Shown: positions 27,286 to 34,934, counted from the stretch's first letter. The stretch: DNA of 64,000 nucleotides from Candidatus Micrarchaeia archaeon (GCA_041500865.1 JBGQMY010000004.1:860-64859); one strand, 5' to 3'. The notes: generated by a model from the letters alone, not told the origin. A program made the numbers and translations.

Positions 27286-27759
27286 ATGCTGCAGAAAAGA
27301 ACTCCGGTATTTTCGCCGTTCCTGCACAAGCAGAAGAGCCTGTCCTTAAGGGCTAGGGAGCGCATAGGCGTCTTTTTCTGGGAATTCGGGCGCTATCTGC
27401 AGGACCGCTACGGCACGTTCAACAGCGACCTCCTTGAGGCAGCGGACCATGGGTATGTCGGCGCAGTTAAAGTAACATTGAAGAAAAAGGAGGTCAATAT
27501 AAACACGCGGGACAAGTACGGCAACACTCCGCTGATTCTTGCGGTCCAGGAAAACAACATCAAAGTAGTTAAAGTGCTGATTGGGAACGGGGCGGATGTT
27601 TTCCTGAAGAACAAAAACGGCGTGAGCGCACTGTCGCTTGCGTCCAGCCGCAAGCGCGCAGAGATAGCCGCTCTTCTTGTTGGGTTTTATTTGGAGAGCG
27701 TCCTTGCAGACGGCGCCAAGCCGTTTTACCATCTATTTAGAGACTGCACCGCCGCCTGA
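27286..27759 (+). CDS. ankyrin-repeat protein, member b
   Basis: It has GNTPLILAVQENNIKVVKVLIGNGADV and NGVSALSLASSRKRAEIAALL, with tail FYHLFRDCTAA. Start moved to MLQKRT. Confidence 0.85.
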   Translation: MLQKRTPVFSPFLHKQKSLSLRARERIGVFFWEFGRYLQDRYGTFNSDLLEAADHGYVGAVKVTLKKKEVNINTRDKYGNTPLILAVQENNIKVVKVLIGNGADVFLKNKNGVSALSLASSRKRAEIAALLVGFYLESVLADGAKPFYHLFRDCTAA

Positions 27760-27789
27760 TTTATAACACCTTTGCCATATAAAATGACT
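27760..27789 (+). promoter_or_regulatory. ankyrin-family promoter cassette (TTTATAACACCTTTGCCATATAAAATGACT)
   Basis: The TATA box starts 30 nt upstream of ATG 27790. It begins 1 nt after the stop of member b. Confidence 0.65.
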
Positions 27790-28356
27790 ATGCAAAAGCA
27801 GGAGCCGTTGCTGAAAAGAATCCTCAGGAAGCTAAGGCCAGCCAAGCAAAATCCCCTGCCCAGCGAGAAGCGGTATCTTTCAGCTGTAGACCAATATCTG
27901 GCAGACAGCAGGCTGATGCGTGCCGCAGGAGGAGGCGACATAAGCGAGGCTAGGCGCCTGCTGAAGAAAGGCGCGAACGTAGATGCGAACATAGTTAAGC
28001 CTGACCATGATTACATGACTCCGCTCATGTTTGCCGCACAGAATGGCCACACTGAAATTTGCGCGCTCCTTCTCGAAAATGGCGCAAACATCGAGGCTGT
28101 GGATGACGTCGGCAGGACCGCGCTCGTGATTGCTGCATGGTGGTGCCATCTGGAAATATGCAAGCTTTTGATTGAAAAGGGCGCAAGCATGGCCACAGCA
28201 ACCAACGGCATAAATTTATTTTCATATACCCATGCCGAAAACAAAAAAGAAAAAATCGAATTTTTGTCAGGGCTCATGATAGGAAGGATGGCTGGCAAGG
28301 AAGCCGCCACGGCCTTTCTTTCGGATTTCAAAGAGTGCACAGCCCCTTTCTTTTAG
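27790..28356 (+). CDS. ankyrin-repeat protein, member c
   Basis: It has YMTPLMFAAQNGHTEICALLLENGANIEAVDDVGRTALVIAAWWCHLEICKLLIEKGA and the tail FLSDFKECTAPFF. The start MQKQEP was chosen by the 29-31 nt spacing rule; ATG 27784 is the alternative. Confidence 0.85.
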   Translation: MQKQEPLLKRILRKLRPAKQNPLPSEKRYLSAVDQYLADSRLMRAAGGGDISEARRLLKKGANVDANIVKPDHDYMTPLMFAAQNGHTEICALLLENGANIEAVDDVGRTALVIAAWWCHLEICKLLIEKGASMATATNGINLFSYTHAENKKEKIEFLSGLMIGRMAGKEAATAFLSDFKECTAPFF

Positions 28357-28405
28357 AAAAAGAAAGCTGCTGCGGAAAGAAAACTACTTTAGGCGCTGCG
28401 CGCTA

Positions 28406-28436
28406 TTTTTAACACCTTTGCCGCACCAATCATATA
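28406..28436 (+). promoter_or_regulatory. ankyrin-family promoter cassette (TTTTTAACACCTTTGCCGCACCAATCATATA)
   Basis: The TATA box starts 31 nt upstream of ATG 28437. Confidence 0.7.
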
Positions 28437-29183
28437 ATGGAAAAGCGCAAATGCGGCACCAATGGGGCATTTTCAAAAGCCAAAAAAAAGCCGTTCAGAA
28501 GGATTGCGGAAAGGCTCAAGGAGACAGGCAAAAGGATAACGTCACGCTTGCTGAAGCTTGAATCAGACCCCCCTGATATACTATTCAAGATAATGGAGAC
28601 CAAAAACACGAAGCTGATAGAGGCTGCAGTTGACAGAGACACCGCAAAGATGAAAAAGCTGATAAAGAAAGGAGCTTGCGTCAATACTATGATAGAACTT
28701 GGCAAGGTGTCAGCCCCGCTCATCCATTACTGCGCCATCAATGACGCCTATCCGCAATTGTCTCTCCTGCTGGAGAACGGCGCAGACCCGTACACAAGGG
28801 ACGCGCGCGGCATGACGGCACTCATGCACGCCGCGGGGCACAGCAGTTATAACATATGCTGCGCGCTGATTGCAGACATGCTGACAAAAGGGAAAGACAT
28901 AAACGCGACTGACAACGAGGGCATGACGGCGCTGATGCACGCGGCGACGCACGCAGAGAATGACGTATGCGCGCTGTTCCTGTTGCATGGCGCAGCAGAC
29001 CCGTATGCCAAGGCCAAGGACGGCAGGACAGCCTATATCTTTGCAGGGAACAGCATGACCAGGAAGGCAATCGCGCGCAACGCCCTTGGCCCTGCCTTGG
29101 CAAGCCCCTTTTTGGAACAGATGCTCGGCAAACAGCCAGTCTCTTTCAGGGCCAATTTCCTGATGTGCATCGGCAAGGGCTGA
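28437..29183 (+). CDS. ankyrin-repeat protein, member d
   Basis: It has GMTALMHAAGHSSYNICCALIADMLTKGKDINATDNEGMTALMHAATHAENDVCALFLLHGADP and the tail FRANFLMCIGKG. Confidence 0.85.
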   Translation: MEKRKCGTNGAFSKAKKKPFRRIAERLKETGKRITSRLLKLESDPPDILFKIMETKNTKLIEAAVDRDTAKMKKLIKKGACVNTMIELGKVSAPLIHYCAINDAYPQLSLLLENGADPYTRDARGMTALMHAAGHSSYNICCALIADMLTKGKDINATDNEGMTALMHAATHAENDVCALFLLHGAADPYAKAKDGRTAYIFAGNSMTRKAIARNALGPALASPFLEQMLGKQPVSFRANFLMCIGKG

Positions 29184-29199
29184 GATGAAAAAGCCCTGA

Positions 29200-29228
29200 T
29201 TTTTAATTGTTTGCCATATGATGAGATC
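29200..29228 (+). promoter_or_regulatory. ankyrin-family promoter cassette (TTTTTAATTGTTTGCCATATGATGAGATC)
   Basis: The TATA box starts 29 nt upstream of ATG 29229. Confidence 0.6.
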
Positions 29229-29627
29229 ATGGCGTTGAGCGGGGTCGAGTTTCTGATTGCAATGGACAGGGCGGACAACCCGTCCATGCGCATTCCATTC
29301 AGGAAAGGCACGGAGAGATACAAGCGCATAATGGAATTCTCGGACACCATCATCCGCGAAAGGAGGCAAAGCCAGCTGGACCAGGATTTCCTGTACATGA
29401 TGGAATTGGGCAACGTCAAGGAGGCGGAAAGGCTGTTCTGGAAAGGAGCGGACGTCAACGCAAGGCAGGACGACGACCTTGCCTGGGGCGCAGGAGCATG
29501 GGCTGCCGACAGGAAGGGGGCAGATGCGATGCTCAATAGGATAACGCGCCTGCAAAGCCTGAGGTTCCTTGGAAAAAACGTTTCGTTGCAGTTTTACCGT
29601 TCATTCAGGAAATGCCTCGCCACTTAA
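29229..29627 (+). CDS. degenerate ankyrin-family member e (repeats eroded, promoter and C-terminal tail retained)
   Basis: Only one ANK-like helix-loop remains (LGNVKEAERLFWKGADVNARQDDD). The tail FYRSFRKCLAT and the family promoter are conserved. Confidence 0.6.
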   Translation: MALSGVEFLIAMDRADNPSMRIPFRKGTERYKRIMEFSDTIIRERRQSQLDQDFLYMMELGNVKEAERLFWKGADVNARQDDDLAWGAGAWAADRKGADAMLNRITRLQSLRFLGKNVSLQFYRSFRKCLAT

Positions 29628-29657
29628 TTTATAATGCCTTTGCCGCACAATAAAGAT
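29628..29657 (+). promoter_or_regulatory. ankyrin-family promoter cassette (TTTATAATGCCTTTGCCGCACAATAAAGAT)
   Basis: The TATA box starts 30 nt upstream of ATG 29658. The ORF-track ATG at 29634 lies inside the conserved box. Confidence 0.7.
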
Positions 29658-30398
29658 ATGCGGAAAAGGCAGCTCCAAAGGGATGCACTGGCAGGGAAAA
29701 CGGCCAAACCAAAAGCAGACATCGCGAAAAGCGAGAATCCTGCATTGTCCGAAACGGAGCAGGGGCGGCTCAATGGCGAACTCCTCCGCATTGTAGACGA
29801 TAGCTTCAAGGCTGACGCTAAAAAAGCGGAAGAGGTAGAGCGGCTCGTCAACGCAGGCGCGGACATCACAGCAAAGACGCCTGCCAACTGGACAATCCTG
29901 CACTGCGCCGCAGCCTATGGCGACATCGAAACCTGCGCATTGATTATAGGGAAATACGCGGAATCGCACAGAAGCATAAAGGATCTGATTGGCGCAAAGG
30001 CGAATGGCGATGATACGGCCCTGAAAGAGGCCGCAGTCAATGGACATGCCAAAGCCTGCGCATTGCTTATCAGGGAATACGCAAAAGCAGGCGGTGACGC
30101 AACTGAACTTATCACCGCAAAGGACGAATACGGCCAAACAGTCCTGCATAAAGCCGCGAACATCGGAAACACTGATATCTGCATTCTCCTTATGGAGGAA
30201 TACGCAAAAGCAGGCGGTGACGCAACGGACCTCATCTATGCAGAGGACTACAAAGGCAAGATACCCGTGCAGTCTGCTGTAAAATGGGGACAAACCAAAA
30301 CCAAGCAGTTCCTTGAGTCACTCGAAAAGCTTGGAGCAGCCATGGGGAACAAAACATTCAATTCGTTCATGAAATCCTTCAGCGAGTGCATCGCCTGA
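29658..30398 (+). CDS. ankyrin-repeat protein, member f (41-residue EYAKAGGD-type repeats)
   Basis: It has WTILHCAAAYGDIETCALII, DTALKEAAVNGHAKACALLIREYAKAGGD and GQTVLHKAANIGNTDICILLMEEYAKAGGD, with tail FNSFMKSFSECIA. Confidence 0.85.
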   Translation: MRKRQLQRDALAGKTAKPKADIAKSENPALSETEQGRLNGELLRIVDDSFKADAKKAEEVERLVNAGADITAKTPANWTILHCAAAYGDIETCALIIGKYAESHRSIKDLIGAKANGDDTALKEAAVNGHAKACALLIREYAKAGGDATELITAKDEYGQTVLHKAANIGNTDICILLMEEYAKAGGDATDLIYAEDYKGKIPVQSAVKWGQTKTKQFLESLEKLGAAMGNKTFNSFMKSFSECIA

Positions 30399-30418
30399 CT
30401 TTAGGCACAACCGACATA

Positions 30419-30449
30419 TTTTTAAATCATTTACCACAATTGGAAAAGC
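30419..30449 (+). promoter_or_regulatory. ankyrin-family promoter variant (TTTTTAAATCATTTACCACAATTGGAAAAGC)
   Basis: The TATA box starts 31 nt upstream of ATG 30450. The conserved box is degenerate (TTTACCACAAT). Confidence 0.6.
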
Positions 30450-31013
30450 ATGGGCAAAACCACGAAAATGCTGCTTGCGGAAATCAAAAGCGAAGGCAAA
30501 AGGCCAAATAAGATATTATTGGTGGACATCCTGCCGACCTCGGGCCCCAGATGGCACCAGAAGGTGCTGGAGCACCTTAATAATGCTTTAGTGGAGGCGT
30601 TGGAGCACCAAAGGAAGGAAAAATACAGTTCAAATTATTTCAGGAAATACAATCCAAGCTATTTCAAGCGGCTGTTGCTGGCGGGCGCAAGCCCGAACGC
30701 AAAAAGCACTAGCGGCGGCGGCACCAGGGCCCTGCAATATGCCGTGGAGTCCGGAGACATCAAAATCTGCGAGCTGCTGGTTGAAAACGGCGCAAACCCC
30801 AACCTGAAGGACAATATTGGGCTGACTTCGCTGCATAGTGCCGTATACCATAAGAAAACCAAAATATGCAAGATTCTGGTTGAAAACGGCGCAGACGTGG
30901 ACGCAAAGGACAAGAACGGCGAAACGCCTCTGGAAATGGCCAAACGGCACAAACACACTGACATCGTAAAGATTCTCAAAGCCGCAAGGGCGAAAAAGGC
31001 AGGCAGCACATGA
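30450..31013 (+). CDS. ankyrin-repeat protein, subtype 2 (member g, no Cys tail)
   Basis: It has TRALQYAVESGDIKICELLVENGANPNLKDNIGLTSLHSAVYHKKTKICKILVENGADVDAKDKNGETPLEMA. The N-terminal DILPTSGPRWHQKVLEHLNNAL module is shared with member h. Confidence 0.85.
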   Translation: MGKTTKMLLAEIKSEGKRPNKILLVDILPTSGPRWHQKVLEHLNNALVEALEHQRKEKYSSNYFRKYNPSYFKRLLLAGASPNAKSTSGGGTRALQYAVESGDIKICELLVENGANPNLKDNIGLTSLHSAVYHKKTKICKILVENGADVDAKDKNGETPLEMAKRHKHTDIVKILKAARAKKAGST

Positions 31014-31525
31014 ACAAAAACGCAGGGTTGTTCGCTGAAACCAAAAAAGGCGGGGACAGGAGACAAAACAAGATGGCGGCAGACATCCTGCCAAGCGAAA
31101 TGTTCAAATGGCATCCCAAGGTGCAGGCGCACCTCAACGATGCGCTGCTGGACGCATTTGAAACGGCAAGGGAAAAGGAATACGGCCTGAATTATTTCAA
31201 GAGGATTCTGCTGGCAGGCGCAAACCCGAATGCAAAAAACATGAGCGGGCAAAGGCCCCTGGGCCATGCCGCAAAGGCAGGAAACATTCAGCTCTGCGCG
31301 CTTCTTTTGAAGAATGGCGCAAACCCCAACCTGAAGGACAACCTTGGATTCAGGCCTTTGCATTGGGCGGCATTCTGCAACAGGCCCAACGTCTGCGCCC
31401 TGCTTCTGGTGTCAGGCGCGGATGCCGATGCGACGGACAACGCAGGCGATACGCCCATGGACGTAGCAAAGCGGCGAGGCCATGCCACAATCATGGAGAT
31501 TCTGAAGGCCGCAAAGAAAAACTGA
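31010..31525 (+). CDS. ankyrin-repeat protein, subtype 2 (member h), translationally coupled to g
   Basis: It has an ATGA overlap with member g and contains RPLGHAAKAGNIQLCALLLKNGANPNLKDNLGFRPLHWAAFCNRPNVCALLLVSGADADATDNAGDTPMDVA. Confidence 0.85.
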   Translation: MNKNAGLFAETKKGGDRRQNKMAADILPSEMFKWHPKVQAHLNDALLDAFETAREKEYGLNYFKRILLAGANPNAKNMSGQRPLGHAAKAGNIQLCALLLKNGANPNLKDNLGFRPLHWAAFCNRPNVCALLLVSGADADATDNAGDTPMDVAKRRGHATIMEILKAAKKN

Positions 31526-31560
31526 ATTTTCCTGTAGTTGAATTGCGCTTCGGTGCCTAA

Positions 31561-31589
31561 TTTATAATATCCTTGCTGCACAATAAAGC
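31561..31589 (+). promoter_or_regulatory. ankyrin-family promoter cassette (TTTATAATATCCTTGCTGCACAATAAAGC)
   Basis: The TATA box starts 29 nt upstream of ATG 31590. Confidence 0.7.
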
Positions 31590-32036
31590 ATGCAGGAAAG
31601 GAAGCAAGGAAAAATAGGGCAGGCATTCGCCAAGTCAAAAAATACAAAAAGGCACGTCAGCAAAAAAGAGCTGGAATATCTCAGCAAGGCGCTTCTCGAC
31701 GCCGTATGGTATGAAAACAAAGCAGGTATAGTGCGGCTCATAAGGAAAGGGGCTGACATAACTGCAAAGTACGGTGAATTTAGGGAGACCCCTTTGCAAA
31801 GCGCCGCAGGGGACGGATACACCAGTGTCTGCGCCCTGCTGATATCGGAATGCATAAATTCAGGCAAAGACATAATCAGATTCATCAACTCAAAAGACAA
31901 AGACGGCGACACAGCAATGAAACTTGCCGCAAAGAAGGGGCATGTTCAAACCGTGGACTTCTTCAAATCAATCAAATGGCTTGCGTATGCAACCGGAAGC
32001 GAATTCATGAAATCCTTCAGCAAGTGCATCGCCTAG
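31590..32036 (+). CDS. ankyrin-repeat protein, member i
   Basis: It has ETPLQSAAGDGYTSVCALLISECINSGKD and DGDTAMKLAAKKGHVQTV, with tail EFMKSFSKCIA. Confidence 0.8.
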   Translation: MQERKQGKIGQAFAKSKNTKRHVSKKELEYLSKALLDAVWYENKAGIVRLIRKGADITAKYGEFRETPLQSAAGDGYTSVCALLISECINSGKDIIRFINSKDKDGDTAMKLAAKKGHVQTVDFFKSIKWLAYATGSEFMKSFSKCIA

Positions 32037-32061
32037 CCATCATTCGGGCCTGTCCGCAACA

Positions 32062-32069
32062 TTTATAAA
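32062..32069 (+). promoter_or_regulatory. TATA box of the ribosomal-protein operon (AACATTTATAAAT context)
   Basis: It is the only TATA-like element between the ANK array and rpl3. The predicted TSS is about 32092, which gives a leader with a GGGTGG SD before ATG 32151. Confidence 0.55.
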
Positions 32070-32150
32070 TATTCCCTCTGCAATTGAGGTTTATCTATCT
32101 GTCAATTGGGCATCCCATTGCGGGCAATGCCGAAGCAGAAGGGTGGTACG

Positions 32151-33104
32151 ATGTCAGACATAAACAAGCCAAGGAGAGGTTCACTTGCATACAGGCCAAG
32201 GAAAAGGGCGGAAAGGCAGATGCCCGAGATTTCCTTCTGGCCGGCCGTCAAGGAAAAGGCGCTGCTGGATTTCCCTGCGTACAAGGCAGGCATGACCAGC
32301 GTCAGCTACGTGGACAAGACAAAGTCCCCGACAGGCGGCATGGAAGTGACGCTCGGCGCAACGGTGCTCGAGGCCCCGCCAATCGTCGTTTACGGCGTCA
32401 GGGGATACTCAAGCAACAGGACGTACGACCTTTTTACCGACAACAAGGAAATCCTAAAGTTCATAGCGCCAAAAAGCGGCGTAGCGAAATCCTCTATGAA
32501 GGAAGGGGCGGAGTTCGAGGACGTGAGGGTATTGGCGTTCGCGCAGCCGTCAAAGACGCTGATGGGCAAGAAGCACATAGAAAGGATGGAAATTGGCGTC
32601 GGCGGAGAAACCGCAAAGGACAAGCTGGAATACGCGAAGACGCTTTTGGGAAAAGAAGTTCACGTTTTGGACGTGCTGAAGCCTGGCCAATATGTCGACA
32701 TCGCAGCGATAACGAAAGGCAAGGGCTGGCAAGGCGTGATTAAAAGGTTCCACGCAGCCAAGCAGAGGCTGAAAGCAACTGGAAAGGTGAGGCACACTGC
32801 GCCAATCGGCTCGTTCAAGCCAGGGTACGTCATGTACACGATGCCAAGGGCAGGGCAGATGGGGTACCACAAGAGGATAGAGCTTTCAAAATGGATAGTC
32901 AAGATTGCGGATTCCGGGGCAGTGGACCAGATAAACCCGTCGTCCGGGTTCCCGCACTACGGATTCATCAAGAACGACTACATACTGATAAAGGGCTCGG
33001 TTGCAGGGCCTACAAGGAGAATGGTCCGCCTGAGGTACGCGATGAGGAACCCGAACGTGGTTCAGTCAAACGTCACGTACATCTCAAAGGAGCCAAAGAA
33101 CTGA
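32151..33104 (+). CDS. rpl3: 50S ribosomal protein uL3
   Basis: The N-terminus is MSDINKPRRGSLAYRPRKRA, as expected for uL3. An SD-like GGTGG lies 5 nt upstream. The alternative ATG 32127 lacks an SD. Confidence 0.9.
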   Translation: MSDINKPRRGSLAYRPRKRAERQMPEISFWPAVKEKALLDFPAYKAGMTSVSYVDKTKSPTGGMEVTLGATVLEAPPIVVYGVRGYSSNRTYDLFTDNKEILKFIAPKSGVAKSSMKEGAEFEDVRVLAFAQPSKTLMGKKHIERMEIGVGGETAKDKLEYAKTLLGKEVHVLDVLKPGQYVDIAAITKGKGWQGVIKRFHAAKQRLKATGKVRHTAPIGSFKPGYVMYTMPRAGQMGYHKRIELSKWIVKIADSGAVDQINPSSGFPHYGFIKNDYILIKGSVAGPTRRMVRLRYAMRNPNVVQSNVTYISKEPKN

Positions 33105-33113
33105 GGGATTGAA

Positions 33114-33914
33114 ATGAAACTCAAAGTTTATGACCTGTCCGGAAAGGCGGTTGACGACATACAAGTGCCGGATTCCATGCTTGAGGACGTCAGGGAAGAC
33201 CTAATCAGGCGCGCGGTGCTCAGCGAGGAAAGCAGGGAATACCAGCCAAAGGGGGCCTACAGGTGGGCAGGCCTGCAGACGTCCGCACAATACAGGGGAA
33301 GGAAGGAAGCCTTCGCGTCGCTCAAGAACAGGGGCCAGGCCATGCTGCCAAGGGAATTCTATGGCGGAGGCACGGCAGGCCGCGTAAGAAGGATACCGTC
33401 CTCAGTAAAAGGAAGGAGGGCGCATCCGCCAAAGCCCGAAAAAATACTGGTTGAGCAGATGAACAAGAAGGAGTTCGCAAAGGCCATGCGCTCCGCAATA
33501 TCAGCATCGCTTTCGGCAAAAGAGGTCAAGGCAAGGGGCCATGTCATAGGGGACAGCTACCCTGTGGTGCTTGCAGACGCGTTTGAGTCGATAAAAAAGA
33601 CAAAGGACATGATAAGCGTCATCAGCGTCTTCATGAAGGGGGACATTGAAAGGGCTGCAAGGGGAAAGAGGGTGAAGAGCGGCTTGAGGAAAAGAAGGGC
33701 CGAGCAGACCAAGTACCCGAAGTCGGCGCTGATAATAGCGTCGGAAGGCTCGTCCGCGCTGAAGGCCGGGAGGAACATCCCGGGCGTAGACACGGTGACG
33801 CCCAAGGCGCTCAAGGTCAAGAACCTTGCGCCAGGCGCAAAGCCAGGGCGCCCTATCATCATAAGCGTGAAGGCGCTCAAGGAGCTGCAGTCCATTTGGG
33901 GTGAAAGGAAATGA
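33114..33914 (+). CDS. rpl4: 50S ribosomal protein uL4
   Basis: Operon position and an archaeal L4/L1e-like sequence (RGQAMLPREFYGGGTAGRVRRIPS..KGRRAHPPK). Confidence 0.9.
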   Translation: MKLKVYDLSGKAVDDIQVPDSMLEDVREDLIRRAVLSEESREYQPKGAYRWAGLQTSAQYRGRKEAFASLKNRGQAMLPREFYGGGTAGRVRRIPSSVKGRRAHPPKPEKILVEQMNKKEFAKAMRSAISASLSAKEVKARGHVIGDSYPVVLADAFESIKKTKDMISVISVFMKGDIERAARGKRVKSGLRKRRAEQTKYPKSALIIASEGSSALKAGRNIPGVDTVTPKALKVKNLAPGAKPGRPIIISVKALKELQSIWGERK

Positions 33915-34159
33915 TAATAAAAGGCGTTGTCAAGACCGAAAAGGCAGTTAATTTAGCTAGCTTCAGGAAGACCATTCCGTTCATAGTCGACAACAGGTCG
34001 AAGAAGCCGGAGATAAAATCCGAGATAGAGAAAATGCTGGGCAAGAAAATCAAAAGAGTGAGGACCCACGTGAATTTCAAGGGCAAGAAGATTGCATACG
34101 TTACGTTCGCGGACAACGTCGATGTCGACGAGCTGGCCGCGTCGCTTAACCTGGTTTGA
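33911..34159 (+). CDS. rpl23: 50S ribosomal protein uL23
   Basis: Operon position. The 82-aa sequence MIIKGVVKTEKAVNL...KKIAYVTF fits uL23. It has an ATGA overlap with rpl4. Confidence 0.9.
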   Translation: MIIKGVVKTEKAVNLASFRKTIPFIVDNRSKKPEIKSEIEKMLGKKIKRVRTHVNFKGKKIAYVTFADNVDVDELAASLNLV

Positions 34160-34173
34160 CCGGGTGAATCAAC

Positions 34174-34923
34174 ATGGGAAAAAGGCTTAAGCAACAGGTA
34201 AGGGGGAAAGGGACGCCGAAATACAGGGCGCCGAGCCACAGGTTCAAGGTTGACGTCTCGCACAGGCCGTACGACGACATTGAGAAGACGGGCGTCATAA
34301 TGGGCGAGGTCATGGGGTTTGTCGACGACCCGGGAAGGGGCAGCATCCTCGCGTCAATCAAACTGGACGACAACACCGATTTCCACATAATAGCGCCGGA
34401 GGGCCTTGCGATAGGAGACAGCATAGAGATAGGCTCGCAGGCAAAGGTCGGCATAGGCAACATAATGCCGCTTTACGCGATACCGGACGGAACCTACATA
34501 TACAATATTGAGAGGGACCCGGGCGATGGCGGCAGGTTCGTTAAGTCGTCAGGGAACTACGCGGTCGTCATCTCAAAGGACGAGAGGTTCGTCTACATAA
34601 AGATGCCGAGCAAGAAAATCATAACGTTCAATCCGGACGCAAGGGCGCAGATAGGCGTGATAGCCGGGGGCGGCGTCAAGGACAAGCCGCTGCTCAAGGC
34701 AGGCACCGCATTCCACAAGCACAGGGCAAGGCGCCACCTCTGGCCAAAGAACAGGGGGGTGAAGATGTCGCCGTTTGACCACCCGTTCGGCGGGAAGCAG
34801 CACCACAAGGGCAAGTCAAGCAGCGTGGGCAGGAACGCCCCGCCGGGAAGGAAGGTCGGCCACATAGCGTCAAGGCAGACGGGCAGGGGCGCAAAGGCCA
34901 TCAGGAAAGAGGACCAGCAGTGA
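34174..34923 (+). CDS. rpl2: 50S ribosomal protein uL2
   Basis: It has GKRLKQQVRGKGTPKYRAPSH... and MSPFDHPFGGKQHHKG. Confidence 0.95.
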   Translation: MGKRLKQQVRGKGTPKYRAPSHRFKVDVSHRPYDDIEKTGVIMGEVMGFVDDPGRGSILASIKLDDNTDFHIIAPEGLAIGDSIEIGSQAKVGIGNIMPLYAIPDGTYIYNIERDPGDGGRFVKSSGNYAVVISKDERFVYIKMPSKKIITFNPDARAQIGVIAGGGVKDKPLLKAGTAFHKHRARRHLWPKNRGVKMSPFDHPFGGKQHHKGKSSSVGRNAPPGRKVGHIASRQTGRGAKAIRKEDQQ

Positions 34924-34934
34924 GGTGAATGAGC

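Noticed and set aside
28710-31363. Long minus-strand ORFs (28710-29555, 29601-30293 and 30659-31363) antisense to the ankyrin array.
   Set aside because: The plus-strand frames give canonical ANK repeats, conserved promoters and conserved tails. The antisense frames give Cys/His/Arg-rich sequence that simply mirrors the repeat periodicity.
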